Virus record (IMG/VR): IMGVR_UViG_3300020733_000010
Coordinates: 114,145 to 178,144 of that record
Source: a virus
Reading direction: 5' to 3' (one strand)
Length of the DNA: 64,000 nt
Both the position numbers and the translations under genes were made by a program. The notes below the pieces were generated by a model that did not search any database, had not been told where the DNA came from, and saw only the letters and a list, made by a program, of their open reading frames with translations. This document shows, in pieces, positions 47,892-55,331 of the stretch (position 1 is its first letter; every line of letters begins with the position of its first letter).

Positions 47892-48476
47892 CTAGTGTGT
47901 TTAAATAAACAATCAACATAACTGATATCGTTGTTTGTAAATACCAATTCAATTTTGATTCGTGTCGTTTCGACATTTTCTACACTGTGAAAAACTCTTG
48001 GGTTCCAGTAGTACCAGTTATCGGGTTCTAATATCTGACACTACTGGTTTCACTTTGTTATAGCGAATAATATCACTATATTCTTTGTCGTTGTTTTTCT
48101 TATCGTATAACACAGTTTCTACGTTTGAGCCACCGGTATCAATCACATAGCTAAATGCAACCTTTCTATCCTGATCTGTGTGTACGGGGAAACACGCAAC
48201 ACTATCTCTATAGTTTGTAACACATAACACCAGACTCATTAGTTCTCTACCTATGATAGGTTGTATATGTTGATTAACATAATCTGACAATATATCATCA
48301 TGTGGGATTCTTATTCTGTCAACATAGTTATAATCACTGTGATATCTTTTACAAATTATTCTAAACTTATCATCAAACTCACCGGCAGAAACTAAATTCC
48401 TGACATGGTTTTTAACATCGTCAGTAAGTTTAGGTAGATTCAGTGTATAGAAGTTATAATCAATATCCGAATTCAT
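47810..48476 (-). pseudogene. 2OG-Fe(II) oxygenase split by a frameshift
   Basis: ORF 48476->48018 has HTD and stops; the adjacent frame continues ILEPDNWYYWNPRVFHSVENVETTRIKIEL, supplying the distal His and Arg, and ends at 47810. Confidence 0.75.
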
Positions 48477-49326
48477 TTTCTTTTACATGTTCAAAAAAGG
48501 GAGCAATTTTAAAGTCTGGTGTAACTCTACCCCTTCTCATGCTACCTGGATCAGGGATATCACTATCTTCGGGTGACCAGTCAGTTACTTTGATCCAAAT
48601 CTTTGAGTCAGGAACTTGGAATAGTATGTTATGATCTTCCTCATATCCATCAATTACATTGTTTTCTTTTGCTTTTACTGGATCGACTCCCGCAGTAGTT
48701 GCAACTAGATTAATCAAATCATCGTATGAATAGTTTTCATCTTTTTCTAATGAATATCTACCCAATTGACCTACGTTTCTAAAACGTATCACAATCTTGG
48801 TATCAAGTTCTTTTGCCATTTGAATCAGTCTACCCACAGCAAGTTCATTGACACCCTTCATAATCAAACAATTGATATTAACAAACATATTCATTTCGGC
48901 ACAAAGTTTCAGTGCCTTTACTTTACGTTTGGCACACATTAAATTGTCTGTTTTTAAGTATAGACTATCTAAGTCTGCACCATTCATGCTGAGAGATAAA
49001 ACTCGTAACCCACTATCAATCAACTTTTTCACATAGTCTTTGTTTGCTAGTTTCAATCCATTAGTGTTTAGCATAGGTCTATGACCCAAACTACGAATCA
49101 TTTTAATGATTTGTGGTAAGTCTTTTCTAACTGTAGGCTCTGCACCAATAATACGAATCTCAGTACGCTTTTTAAATTTACTAATGCATTCTTCAAGTTT
49201 AATAATGTCCATGTCAGGTATATCACGATTAGGGATATAACAGTTGACACATTCCATATTACAGCGATGTGTAACATCAACTGCAACATACGTAAACTCA
49301 TGTTCTTCGGGTTCGTAATATTTCAT
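48460..49326 (-). CDS. Radical SAM protein (MoaA-like core)
   Basis: CNMECVNC (CxxxCxxC), IIGAEPT, LNTNG; no C-terminal Cys cluster visible. Confidence 0.9.
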   Translation of the reverse strand: MKYYEPEEHEFTYVAVDVTHRCNMECVNCYIPNRDIPDMDIIKLEECISKFKKRTEIRIIGAEPTVRKDLPQIIKMIRSLGHRPMLNTNGLKLANKDYVKKLIDSGLRVLSLSMNGADLDSLYLKTDNLMCAKRKVKALKLCAEMNMFVNINCLIMKGVNELAVGRLIQMAKELDTKIVIRFRNVGQLGRYSLEKDENYSYDDLINLVATTAGVDPVKAKENNVIDGYEEDHNILFQVPDSKIWIKVTDWSPEDSDIPDPGSMRRGRVTPDFKIAPFFEHVKENEFGY

Positions 49327-50105
49327 ATCTTAGCTTGGTTGATTAAGTCAATCAAATCATCTTGACTTGTATAGTGTTCGTATACTGATAAGTTTACACT
49401 TAGCGTTAAACGATCCTCTGATCCTTGATTAGTAACTGCATGATTGCGCCCAGTATCAAACCAATAGAAGTTGCCATCTGCTGGAATTTGAAATTTCTCG
49501 CCCTCAATTTGAAACCAAACATCATCATTAGAATATATTGCAGCATGTACTCTAATTTGTTGATAGTATGGAAAGTCAACATGTGCAGGAACAACTCCCC
49601 TAGGTCTTAAATTAAGTAGTCTGCATTTTGTAGTTGTTGTATGGAACTTGTTAATAACCTCAGCAATGTAACCTCTGTATGCTTTAGTTGGAGTGTTAAA
49701 CAGTTTTTCATTCAGTACAGGAAGTTTATCTGGACCTTCAGTACCCTCACCAAAATAAGTTTTGAATGTGTCTCTGATATGTATTTCGTTTGTGTTAGAT
49801 GGTGCATCTTCATAAGCAAACAATCTCATACCATCATACTCTGGATTCTCAATGTTTGGTCTAGATGTTAAACACAATCCTTCATATGTTAAACGTTTGC
49901 GACCATCAGGTGTTAACACAAATGGTTTAAAGGGAAAATCTTCTTTGAGTAATTCAACTTCTTGTCTAAGTTTCTCTAAATCAAAACTATAATAGTCGGG
50001 TAACTTACACATTTTGATACGTGGTCTTTCCCATTCTGTTTTTGGGCTATACCAGTTTTGTTCGTATCTTGTTTCTTGTGTAGTGTCAATATCTATGTTA
50101 ATCAT
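49323..50105 (-). CDS. Aspartyl/asparaginyl beta-hydroxylase-family 2OG-Fe(II) oxygenase
   Basis: RLLNLRPRGVVPAHVD, RVHAAI, FDTGRNHAVTN..RL motifs. Confidence 0.8.
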   Translation of the reverse strand: MINIDIDTTQETRYEQNWYSPKTEWERPRIKMCKLPDYYSFDLEKLRQEVELLKEDFPFKPFVLTPDGRKRLTYEGLCLTSRPNIENPEYDGMRLFAYEDAPSNTNEIHIRDTFKTYFGEGTEGPDKLPVLNEKLFNTPTKAYRGYIAEVINKFHTTTTKCRLLNLRPRGVVPAHVDFPYYQQIRVHAAIYSNDDVWFQIEGEKFQIPADGNFYWFDTGRNHAVTNQGSEDRLTLSVNLSVYEHYTSQDDLIDLINQAKI

Positions 50106-50845
50106 TTCTGCCTCTGTATCATTCTAATAAAATACCATCCCCAATCAAACTCGTTTTTGAATATTGATAGTTTTGCCATATTGGGAAACTTATGATGGTT
50201 GTTATGTAATCCTTCTCCTGCACTTAGTAATGCAACGATGGTGTTGTTTGTACTTTTGTCCTTTGTCTCAAAGTTTCTATAGCCATATTTATGACATATT
50301 GAATCTACCATGCCTGTGCTATGAAACAAAAACATACTAGGTATACTATAGAACAACATACCTACTAACGGGTCAATAGAATAAAGTACAATAATGTATA
50401 GTAATAAAAACTTTATATAGTGTTTGTGAATAGTTTTGATTGTGTTGTTCTTTGTAAGGTCTGAAACAACTGAACCACTGATCTTAAGATTATTCCAATT
50501 ATGAATGTAACTGTTAAAGAACCCTATGGCATGTGGACTTTGATGGTCATTGACTTCATCAGAAGTTGCATGATGTATTCTATGTGCAGCTACCCAAGTA
50601 ATAGGTGTTCCAACAGTAGCAGGTACACTTATGAATAGCATAACCTTTTCCCAGAACGGTGTTGTGTTATATGATTTGTGAGTGAAGTATCTATGTAATC
50701 CTGCTGAAACACCTATGCCACCATAGACGTTGTACATGATAAACGGAATCAACATATACCAATATGAGTATTGTGAAAATAAAAACCAAACTAAGACGCA
50801 ATGATTGAAGATGTGAATCACATTCAATTGCGTTTTAAGATTCAT
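50102..50845 (-). CDS. Membrane-bound fatty acid desaturase 3 (delta-9-like)
   Basis: His boxes HRYFTH, HRIHH and GEGLHNNHH. Confidence 0.92.
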   Translation of the reverse strand: MNLKTQLNVIHIFNHCVLVWFLFSQYSYWYMLIPFIMYNVYGGIGVSAGLHRYFTHKSYNTTPFWEKVMLFISVPATVGTPITWVAAHRIHHATSDEVNDHQSPHAIGFFNSYIHNWNNLKISGSVVSDLTKNNTIKTIHKHYIKFLLLYIIVLYSIDPLVGMLFYSIPSMFLFHSTGMVDSICHKYGYRNFETKDKSTNNTIVALLSAGEGLHNNHHKFPNMAKLSIFKNEFDWGWYFIRMIQRQK

Positions 50846-50848
50846 AGT

Positions 50849-51085
50849 TTACTTGTTGTTGATTTTGTTGGCAACGTATTCATATAGTTTTGCAAACGTA
50901 GTCAACTGATTCTCGTCTTCTTCTTCGATTTTGATATTAAAATGGTCGTTGACTTCCATCATAATTTCAATGGTATCTAAGCTATCAATGCCTGCAGCTT
51001 TCCAATTTTTTGCGTTACGAATTACTTCAGGCGAAGTTGCGCTGAGTTTACAAATTAAGTCTAGTAACTCTTTTTCCAAATCCAT
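50849..51085 (-). CDS. Acyl carrier protein 2
   Basis: Acidic 78-aa protein with AGIDSLDTIEI motif; SD aagga. Confidence 0.9.
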   Translation of the reverse strand: MDLEKELLDLICKLSATSPEVIRNAKNWKAAGIDSLDTIEIMMEVNDHFNIKIEEEDENQLTTFAKLYEYVANKINNK

Positions 51086-51139
51086 GTTATGTTCCTTACG
51101 ATATACTAGTATATATCATGTTAAGGACTGTTGGTAAAA

Positions 51140-51511
51140 TTAGCTAATAGTTATTTCAAGAGAAACGTTTTTTGTGTCAACTGATGAGTTGAAGTCAGTT
51201 CCAAAAATAGTCATCAAATCATTTTTGTATTCATCGTAAGCACTACTAGAACTAAACACACCTACCCAATCATAACAAGTTTCAGATACTTGTTTCATTT
51301 CATTGACAAGGATGTTTCCAGACAAGTGATGCGGAACCTTCATTGTTTTTAGTGTTTCTAAATAGTCTTTTGGTTGTACTTTTGGATCTTTCAATATACC
51401 GTCACTAATCAACAAACTATAGAATGAATTGATGAAATCCAACATGTCCCCGCTAATGATGTATTTTGAGTCTTTGATTGTAAATTTTTTGTTAATAGTT
51501 ACTTTTTCCAT
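51140..51511 (-). CDS. Hypothetical protein (123 aa)
   Basis: SD aggag and its own ATAAATA motif (51527-51533, minus strand). Confidence 0.6.
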   Translation of the reverse strand: MEKVTINKKFTIKDSKYIISGDMLDFINSFYSLLISDGILKDPKVQPKDYLETLKTMKVPHHLSGNILVNEMKQVSETCYDWVGVFSSSSAYDEYKNDLMTIFGTDFNSSVDTKNVSLEITIS

Positions 51512-51532
51512 GATGATCTCCTAATGTATTTA

Positions 51533-52123
51533 TCAAAATTTTCTCCTAGAATTCAATGCAGTAGCACTGCGAATGAACACAGGATTGTTTTGCCATGTTT
51601 CCCCTATTCTTAGTTTTAACATGTTGTTGAATGCATCAAAGTCAGATAATTCATTTGGCATTATTTTAGCTTCGGTCACATATACGTACTCTTGTAGTTT
51701 GGGTATGTACTTTTGAAAAATCGTCATAGCACGTTCACTGTTGTACTGACGTTCAGAGACAATGGTATAGAATTTGTAGTAGCCTCTACTCTCTGCATAG
51801 TCAATCAACAATTCCGTTGCACTGGCTACCCCGTTTTCTCTTAAGTTTAGATTTACTGTGCGTTTGTTTGTGATTAGACTAGACAGAAACCAGTTTGGAA
51901 CACCCTTCCAGAATGTTCCTGTCACCGACGCAATCATCTTATCATCTTCCCATGTACCCGTAATACATACTAATGGGTTGGAAATCATTCGTTCAATTTG
52001 TTCTGGATCAGTCCATACATCAAATTTTTCATTGGGCTGATGTTTGTTCTGGGACAATTTTGCCTCACTATACATAGCAATTATGCTTGGTATATCATCT
52101 ATTGTACATACTTTAGTTAACAT
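51533..52123 (-). CDS. GNAT-like hypothetical protein, paralog C
   Basis: CITGTWEDDKMIASV, WFLSSL, LIDYAESRGYYKFYT and YVYVTE..I match the 43907/44503 pattern; CTAAATA at 52128-52134 (minus strand). Confidence 0.55.
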   Translation of the reverse strand: MLTKVCTIDDIPSIIAMYSEAKLSQNKHQPNEKFDVWTDPEQIERMISNPLVCITGTWEDDKMIASVTGTFWKGVPNWFLSSLITNKRTVNLNLRENGVASATELLIDYAESRGYYKFYTIVSERQYNSERAMTIFQKYIPKLQEYVYVTEAKIMPNELSDFDAFNNMLKLRIGETWQNNPVFIRSATALNSRRKF

Positions 52124-52168
52124 GTTTTATTTAGTTTCATGGTTTATACAACACAAAAAACATAACTG

Positions 52169-52197
52169 TTGACAACTAAACAGAACCCTGTTACATT
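52169..52197 (+). promoter_or_regulatory. Sigma70-type promoter P1
   Basis: TTGACA-17 nt-TACATT. Confidence 0.75.
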
Positions 52198-52268
52198 ACA
52201 TCATGGACTGAAAAATCAGTTAACGAAAACAAGTTGTATGTTTTGGGCAACAAGATTGAAAATAGTTG

Positions 52269-52297
52269 TTGACAACTAATCAAATCGGTAGTACACT
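52269..52297 (+). promoter_or_regulatory. Sigma70-type promoter P2, 100 bp downstream of P1
   Basis: TTGACA-17 nt-TACACT; shares gttgacaactaa with P1. Confidence 0.75.
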
Positions 52298-52374
52298 ACA
52301 TACTTCAAAAACAAAAAGTGAAGAAAAACACTATAAAATTGAAAGAATTTTTAACCAGGACTAAATAGATTACT

Positions 52375-52551
52375 ATGAAAACAATTATCTGTCAAACGCT
52401 GAAACATACAGGGATGTGGTCAACATTACCACAAGCTCAAGTGTCAGCCTTTGCGGGTAATAATGTACAACCCAGTATTCGCGGCTCAGAGTATAATGAT
52501 CCAAGAATGCCAGGGAGTTTCATAGAAGGAGAGAAGATTCCAAGAATCTAA
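52375..52551 (+). CDS. Putative 58-aa leader peptide (MKTIICQTLKHTGMWSTLPQAQVSAFAGNNVQPSIRGSEYNDPRMPGSFIEGEKIPRI)
   Basis: Translated by hand (below the 60-aa ORF cutoff); all 20 amino acids within codons 1-42; overlaps an antiterminator strand; agga 14 nt upstream and CTAAATA at 52361. Confidence 0.65.
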   Translation: MKTIICQTLKHTGMWSTLPQAQVSAFAGNNVQPSIRGSEYNDPRMPGSFIEGEKIPRI

Positions 52552-52609
52552 TCTCAAAAAGAATCTAAGAAACCCCTGGGAAACTAAACAGTCTCAGGGG
52601 TTTTTGTTT
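52510..52609 (+). terminator. Intrinsic terminator with overlapping antiterminator (attenuator)
   Basis: Terminator stem 52570-52581/52592-52603 plus TTTTTGTTT. Alternative helix 52510-52526/52564-52579 (15 bp, one bulge, one mismatch) consumes the terminator 5' arm. Confidence 0.8.
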
Positions 52610-52635
52610 GTGTAGTGAAAAAACAACGAAAGAGT

Positions 52636-52664
52636 TTGACAAGAAATGAAAGTTGAATTACAAT
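52636..52664 (+). promoter_or_regulatory. Sigma70-type promoter-like element downstream of the attenuator
   Basis: TTGACA-17 nt-TACAAT. Confidence 0.6.
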
Positions 52665-52801
52665 CTGGCACTTCTGATAATGCGAATTGGTTGAAAGAAA
52701 ATACGCTTACAGATGATGAAAGAAAAAAGTTGATTGAGGACAAGTTAATACGAGGTCTCAATCAGATAGAGTTAAACAGAAAAGTCCCAGTGACCGAGTA
52801 A
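52646..52801 (+). CDS. Small hypothetical protein (51 aa, MKVELQSG...VPVTE)
   Basis: Hand-translated ORF directly after the terminator; weak RBS. Confidence 0.35.
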   Translation: MKVELQSGTSDNANWLKENTLTDDERKKLIEDKLIRGLNQIELNRKVPVTE

Positions 52802-53035
52802 GTTTAACAAGCGTGAATAGGCAACGAGAGCCGTAATACAGCGCATAAATGTATAGAATGGGCGGACAGTAGGATGAAGTCTATGGCGATAACGTAGATT
52901 GTAAAATCACTGGGTAGGGTATTAACCCTATCATAGCATGGATGTTGAAAGATACATCATGCTATTCTAAAACATACTGGCCCCGAGAGCAGTCCTAACC
53001 GACAGAGGGTACGGATCAAGTGTGTTTTAGAATAG
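52786..53035 (+). ncRNA. Candidate structured RNA upstream of the first tRNA
   Basis: Helices 52786-52793/52907-52914, 52878-52885/52893-52900, 52933-52945/52954-52965 and a 17-bp stem 52962-52978/53019-53035. Confidence 0.45.
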
Positions 53036-53094
53036 TTGATGCGTGGAACATAAGCCCTCATGATGGGTGAAAGTACGCACTGCTTAGACATTGT

Positions 53095-53170
53095 TGGGGT
53101 GTAGTGTAATGGCTTATCACAGCGGGCTTTGAACTCGCTAATCTTGGTTCGATTCCAAGCACCCCTACCA
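53095..53170 (+). tRNA. tRNA-Gln(TTG)
   Basis: Cloverleaf, ctTTGaa loop, TTCGATT T-loop, CCA; 1:72 mismatch. Confidence 0.9.
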
Positions 53171-53179
53171 ACAAGTTAT

Positions 53180-53255
53180 ACCGTAGAGTTCAACTGGGGT
53201 TGATATCTCACTGTCTATGAGACTGCGGCGGGTTCGATTCCCGTCTACGGTGCCA
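53180..53255 (+). tRNA. tRNA-Asp(GTC)
   Basis: tctca-ctGTCta-tgaga arm, G73, CCA. Confidence 0.85.
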
Positions 53256-53260
53256 GTATT

Positions 53261-53337
53261 GCCTCAATAGCTCAGTTGGTTAGAGCACCGTCTTGATAAG
53301 GCGGGGGTGCCTAGTTCGAATCTAGGTTGAGGCACCA
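53261..53337 (+). tRNA. tRNA-Ile(GAT)
   Basis: Canonical cloverleaf, ttGATaa loop, CCA. Confidence 0.93.
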
Positions 53338-53342
53338 ATCAT

Positions 53343-53416
53343 GCCCGGTTAGTTAAAAAGTATAACACACCCCTGATAAGGGTGAATCAGAGGAGCGTTA
53401 CCTCTACTGGGTACCA
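53343..53416 (+). tRNA. tRNA-Ile(GAT), atypical copy
   Basis: caccc-ctGATaa-gggtg arm; T-loop AGCGTTA; D-loop lacks GG; CCA. Confidence 0.75.
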
Positions 53417-53424
53417 ATTTTTAT

Positions 53425-53503
53425 TCCGTAGAATTCGAGCATGGTGCACGGACTTGACTGTTAATCAATGACTAGCTGGGATCGTTACCCAGATACGGAG
53501 CCA
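53425..53503 (+). tRNA. tRNA-Asn(GTT), atypical copy
   Basis: ttga-ctGTTaa-tcaa arm, G73, T-loop ATCGTTA, CCA. Confidence 0.75.
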
Positions 53504-53510
53504 ATTTTAT

Positions 53511-53589
53511 CTGTGTGTAATGTCAGTCAGGTCAGACGGCTCGCCTTGGAAGTGAGAGGTCGCAGGTTCGAATCCTGCCACACAGACCA
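53511..53589 (+). tRNA. tRNA-Pro(TGG)
   Basis: Cloverleaf, ctTGGaa loop, CCA. Confidence 0.92.
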
Positions 53590-53600
53590 AACAATTTAAT

Positions 53601-53675
53601 GGGGGCAGTAGCGGGCTACGGGTGATCCTTGCAAGATTGCTGACTAGAAGGGTTCAACTCCCTCGGCTTCCACCA
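53601..53675 (+). tRNA. tRNA-Ala(TGC) with short D arm
   Basis: G3.U70 pair, A73, ctTGCaa loop, CCA; D arm gtag-cggg-ctac. Confidence 0.75.
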
Positions 53676-53681
53676 AACAAT

Positions 53682-53757
53682 ACCTCCTTCGCCAAGTTGG
53701 TAAGGCATCGGATTTTGATTCCGACATTCGGTGGTTCGAGTCCATCAGGGGGTGCCA
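53682..53757 (+). tRNA. tRNA-Gln(TTG), second copy
   Basis: tcgga-ttTTGat-tccga arm, CCA. Confidence 0.9.
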
Positions 53758-53777
53758 AATTATTTAAGGAGACTCAT

Positions 53778-53867
53778 ATGAGTTGGAATCAATCATTAGA
53801 AAAACATAAACAAGAGATTGAAGCATGGACAAAACTTTGTAATGTCTACAAGGAGTCTCTTTACTAA
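53778..53867 (+). CDS. Small protein (29 aa, MSWNQSLEKHKQEIEAWTKLCNVYKESLY)
   Basis: Strong SD aaggag 7 nt upstream of ATG 53778. Confidence 0.5.
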   Translation: MSWNQSLEKHKQEIEAWTKLCNVYKESLY

Positions 53868-53869
53868 AG

Positions 53870-54095
53870 AAATTAGCGGAGTCGCTCTCCGCAAAGAAAG
53901 CACTGCGACCTTAGCTTGCCCGGGCGGTATGTCAGTTACGAAACAGTTGAGTAAAAGTCTCTATGGGTAGGCACAAATAAAAGAATTGATCGGAAAGCAA
54001 GAGCCGAAGAGTAGACACTAGCGGATGATGGGTCATCATGTCCGTATAAGTCGGGATAACTGACTAGTGGGGTAAGAGTCCCTAATGTGCTCAGA
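53870..54095 (+). ncRNA. Candidate structured RNA
   Basis: Helices 53876-53881/53887-53892, 53931-53938/54057-54064 and 54022-54030/54034-54044 in a GC-richer non-coding gap. Confidence 0.4.
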
Positions 54096-54102
54096 AATTT
54101 AT

Positions 54103-54178
54103 ATCCTGTTAGTTTATCGGTTAAGAACAGTGGCCTTTCAAGTCGCAGAGACGGGTTCGATTCCCGTACAGGATGCCA
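54103..54178 (+). tRNA. tRNA-Glu(TTC)
   Basis: gtggc-ctTTCaa-gtcgc arm, CCA. Confidence 0.9.
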
Positions 54179-54725
54179 TTTCATTTTGAAAAATCTTTTT
54201 TGCTTTTTCAAATGTGATAAAAGATGTTGTGCTAATCTCTTTTACAAACACAGAGATACACAACCTATCACTGGTTATATTAGATATGTCATGCGGTAAG
54301 CCCACTTGAACTATACTAGGAAAGCCAACACGCTGACTATGTATAAGTTCAACATCATCACGTTTGTAATATTCGTATGTGATGCCTATCGCACTTGTGT
54401 TGGTTTGTATGTTATCAACTTTGGGTTGATACCAATTCATCACACTATCACCGCCTCCGTATACCCAGTTGATTTTTGTTGCGTCAGTCAATCCTGGTGC
54501 ATCTTTGTGAATGTTTGGGACAGCAATGTCCTCGGGCATTCTATAAAAACTTTCTGCAAGAGTAATTTGTAAGTTTTTGTTTTTAAAGAAATCAATGATT
54601 TTTGTATTGATAGTACTAGGATCAATTTTGTTATGTCGTTTATACTTTGACCTCAGTGAGTTCAAATAAACTTCATCCTCAATAAAAGGTATAGAGATAT
54701 TTAGGTCAATACAAAAGTCATTCAT
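54138..54725 (-). CDS. 2OG-Fe(II) oxygenase-like protein
   Basis: IHKD, INWVYGG, VQVGLPHDISN..RLCISV; 3' end runs antisense into tRNA-Glu. Confidence 0.7.
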   Translation of the reverse strand: MNDFCIDLNISIPFIEDEVYLNSLRSKYKRHNKIDPSTINTKIIDFFKNKNLQITLAESFYRMPEDIAVPNIHKDAPGLTDATKINWVYGGGDSVMNWYQPKVDNIQTNTSAIGITYEYYKRDDVELIHSQRVGFPSIVQVGLPHDISNITSDRLCISVFVKEISTTSFITFEKAKKIFQNEMASCTGIEPVSAT

Positions 54726-54729
54726 GCTG

Positions 54730-54747
54730 TATTTAACAAACTAAATA
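54730..54747. promoter_or_regulatory. Back-to-back late promoter motifs
   Basis: TTAAATA (minus, 54730-54736) and CTAAATA (plus, 54741-54747) in a 27-bp gap between divergent oxygenase genes. Confidence 0.65.
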
Positions 54748-54752
54748 ACATA

Positions 54753-55331
54753 ATGTTAGTAAAAACTTTATGTGAAGTTCCTATTGAACTTTTCAACAAT
54801 TCATTAATTGAAGTCAATAATATTGATTGGTCAAGTGTTGTTGATCCTTCACGCAAAGCAAGTGATGTGTTTTCAACAAGCACTGCGATTCACATGCGAG
54901 TTCATAAAGTTACAGATGACACACCAAAAACACTACGTGGATATTGTTCAGTAGTAGAGTGTGTTGATTCTTTACCTAACTCATTGCTATATCCAGAAGC
55001 ATACAAACTTGCAAACTGGATTTACAAACATGTTAATGGGTTACGTTTAGGTAGAATCATGTTAGTTAGGCTTGAAGCAGGTGGTTCTGTAGGATTACAC
55101 ATTGATCCATTTGAGTACTTTAAAGTATACTCACGATATCATGTACCCATCATTACAAATAGTAATGTACTATTCAGCGGCGGTGATGATTCAGAAAAAG
55201 AACACATGCCTGTAGGAATGTTAAGCAGACTTAACAATCGCAAGCCTCACATGCTAGTTAACGGTGGTTCAGATTTTAGAGTTCATTTGATTGTTGACGT
55301 TGAAACTGAAGGTGGAAACATCATATTTTAA
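54753..55331 (+). CDS. Aspartyl/asparaginyl beta-hydroxylase-family oxygenase
   Basis: GRIMLVRLEAGGSVGLHID, RYHVPIITN, LNNRKPHMLVN..RVHLIVD. Confidence 0.85.
   Translation: MLVKTLCEVPIELFNNSLIEVNNIDWSSVVDPSRKASDVFSTSTAIHMRVHKVTDDTPKTLRGYCSVVECVDSLPNSLLYPEAYKLANWIYKHVNGLRLGRIMLVRLEAGGSVGLHIDPFEYFKVYSRYHVPIITNSNVLFSGGDDSEKEHMPVGMLSRLNNRKPHMLVNGGSDFRVHLIVDVETEGGNIIF

Noticed and set aside
51101-51114. Palindrome ATATACTAGTATAT upstream of ACP2
   Set aside because: It is a low-complexity AT palindrome; only shorter ACTAGT cores occur elsewhere, so there is no evidence of function.
41418-52123. Host chromosomal or eukaryotic-virus origin of the enzyme cluster
   Set aside because: It is contiguous with PAAR/fibre genes and has the same TAAATA motifs, SD sites and AT-rich codon style; only read-level data could fully exclude a chimeric assembly.
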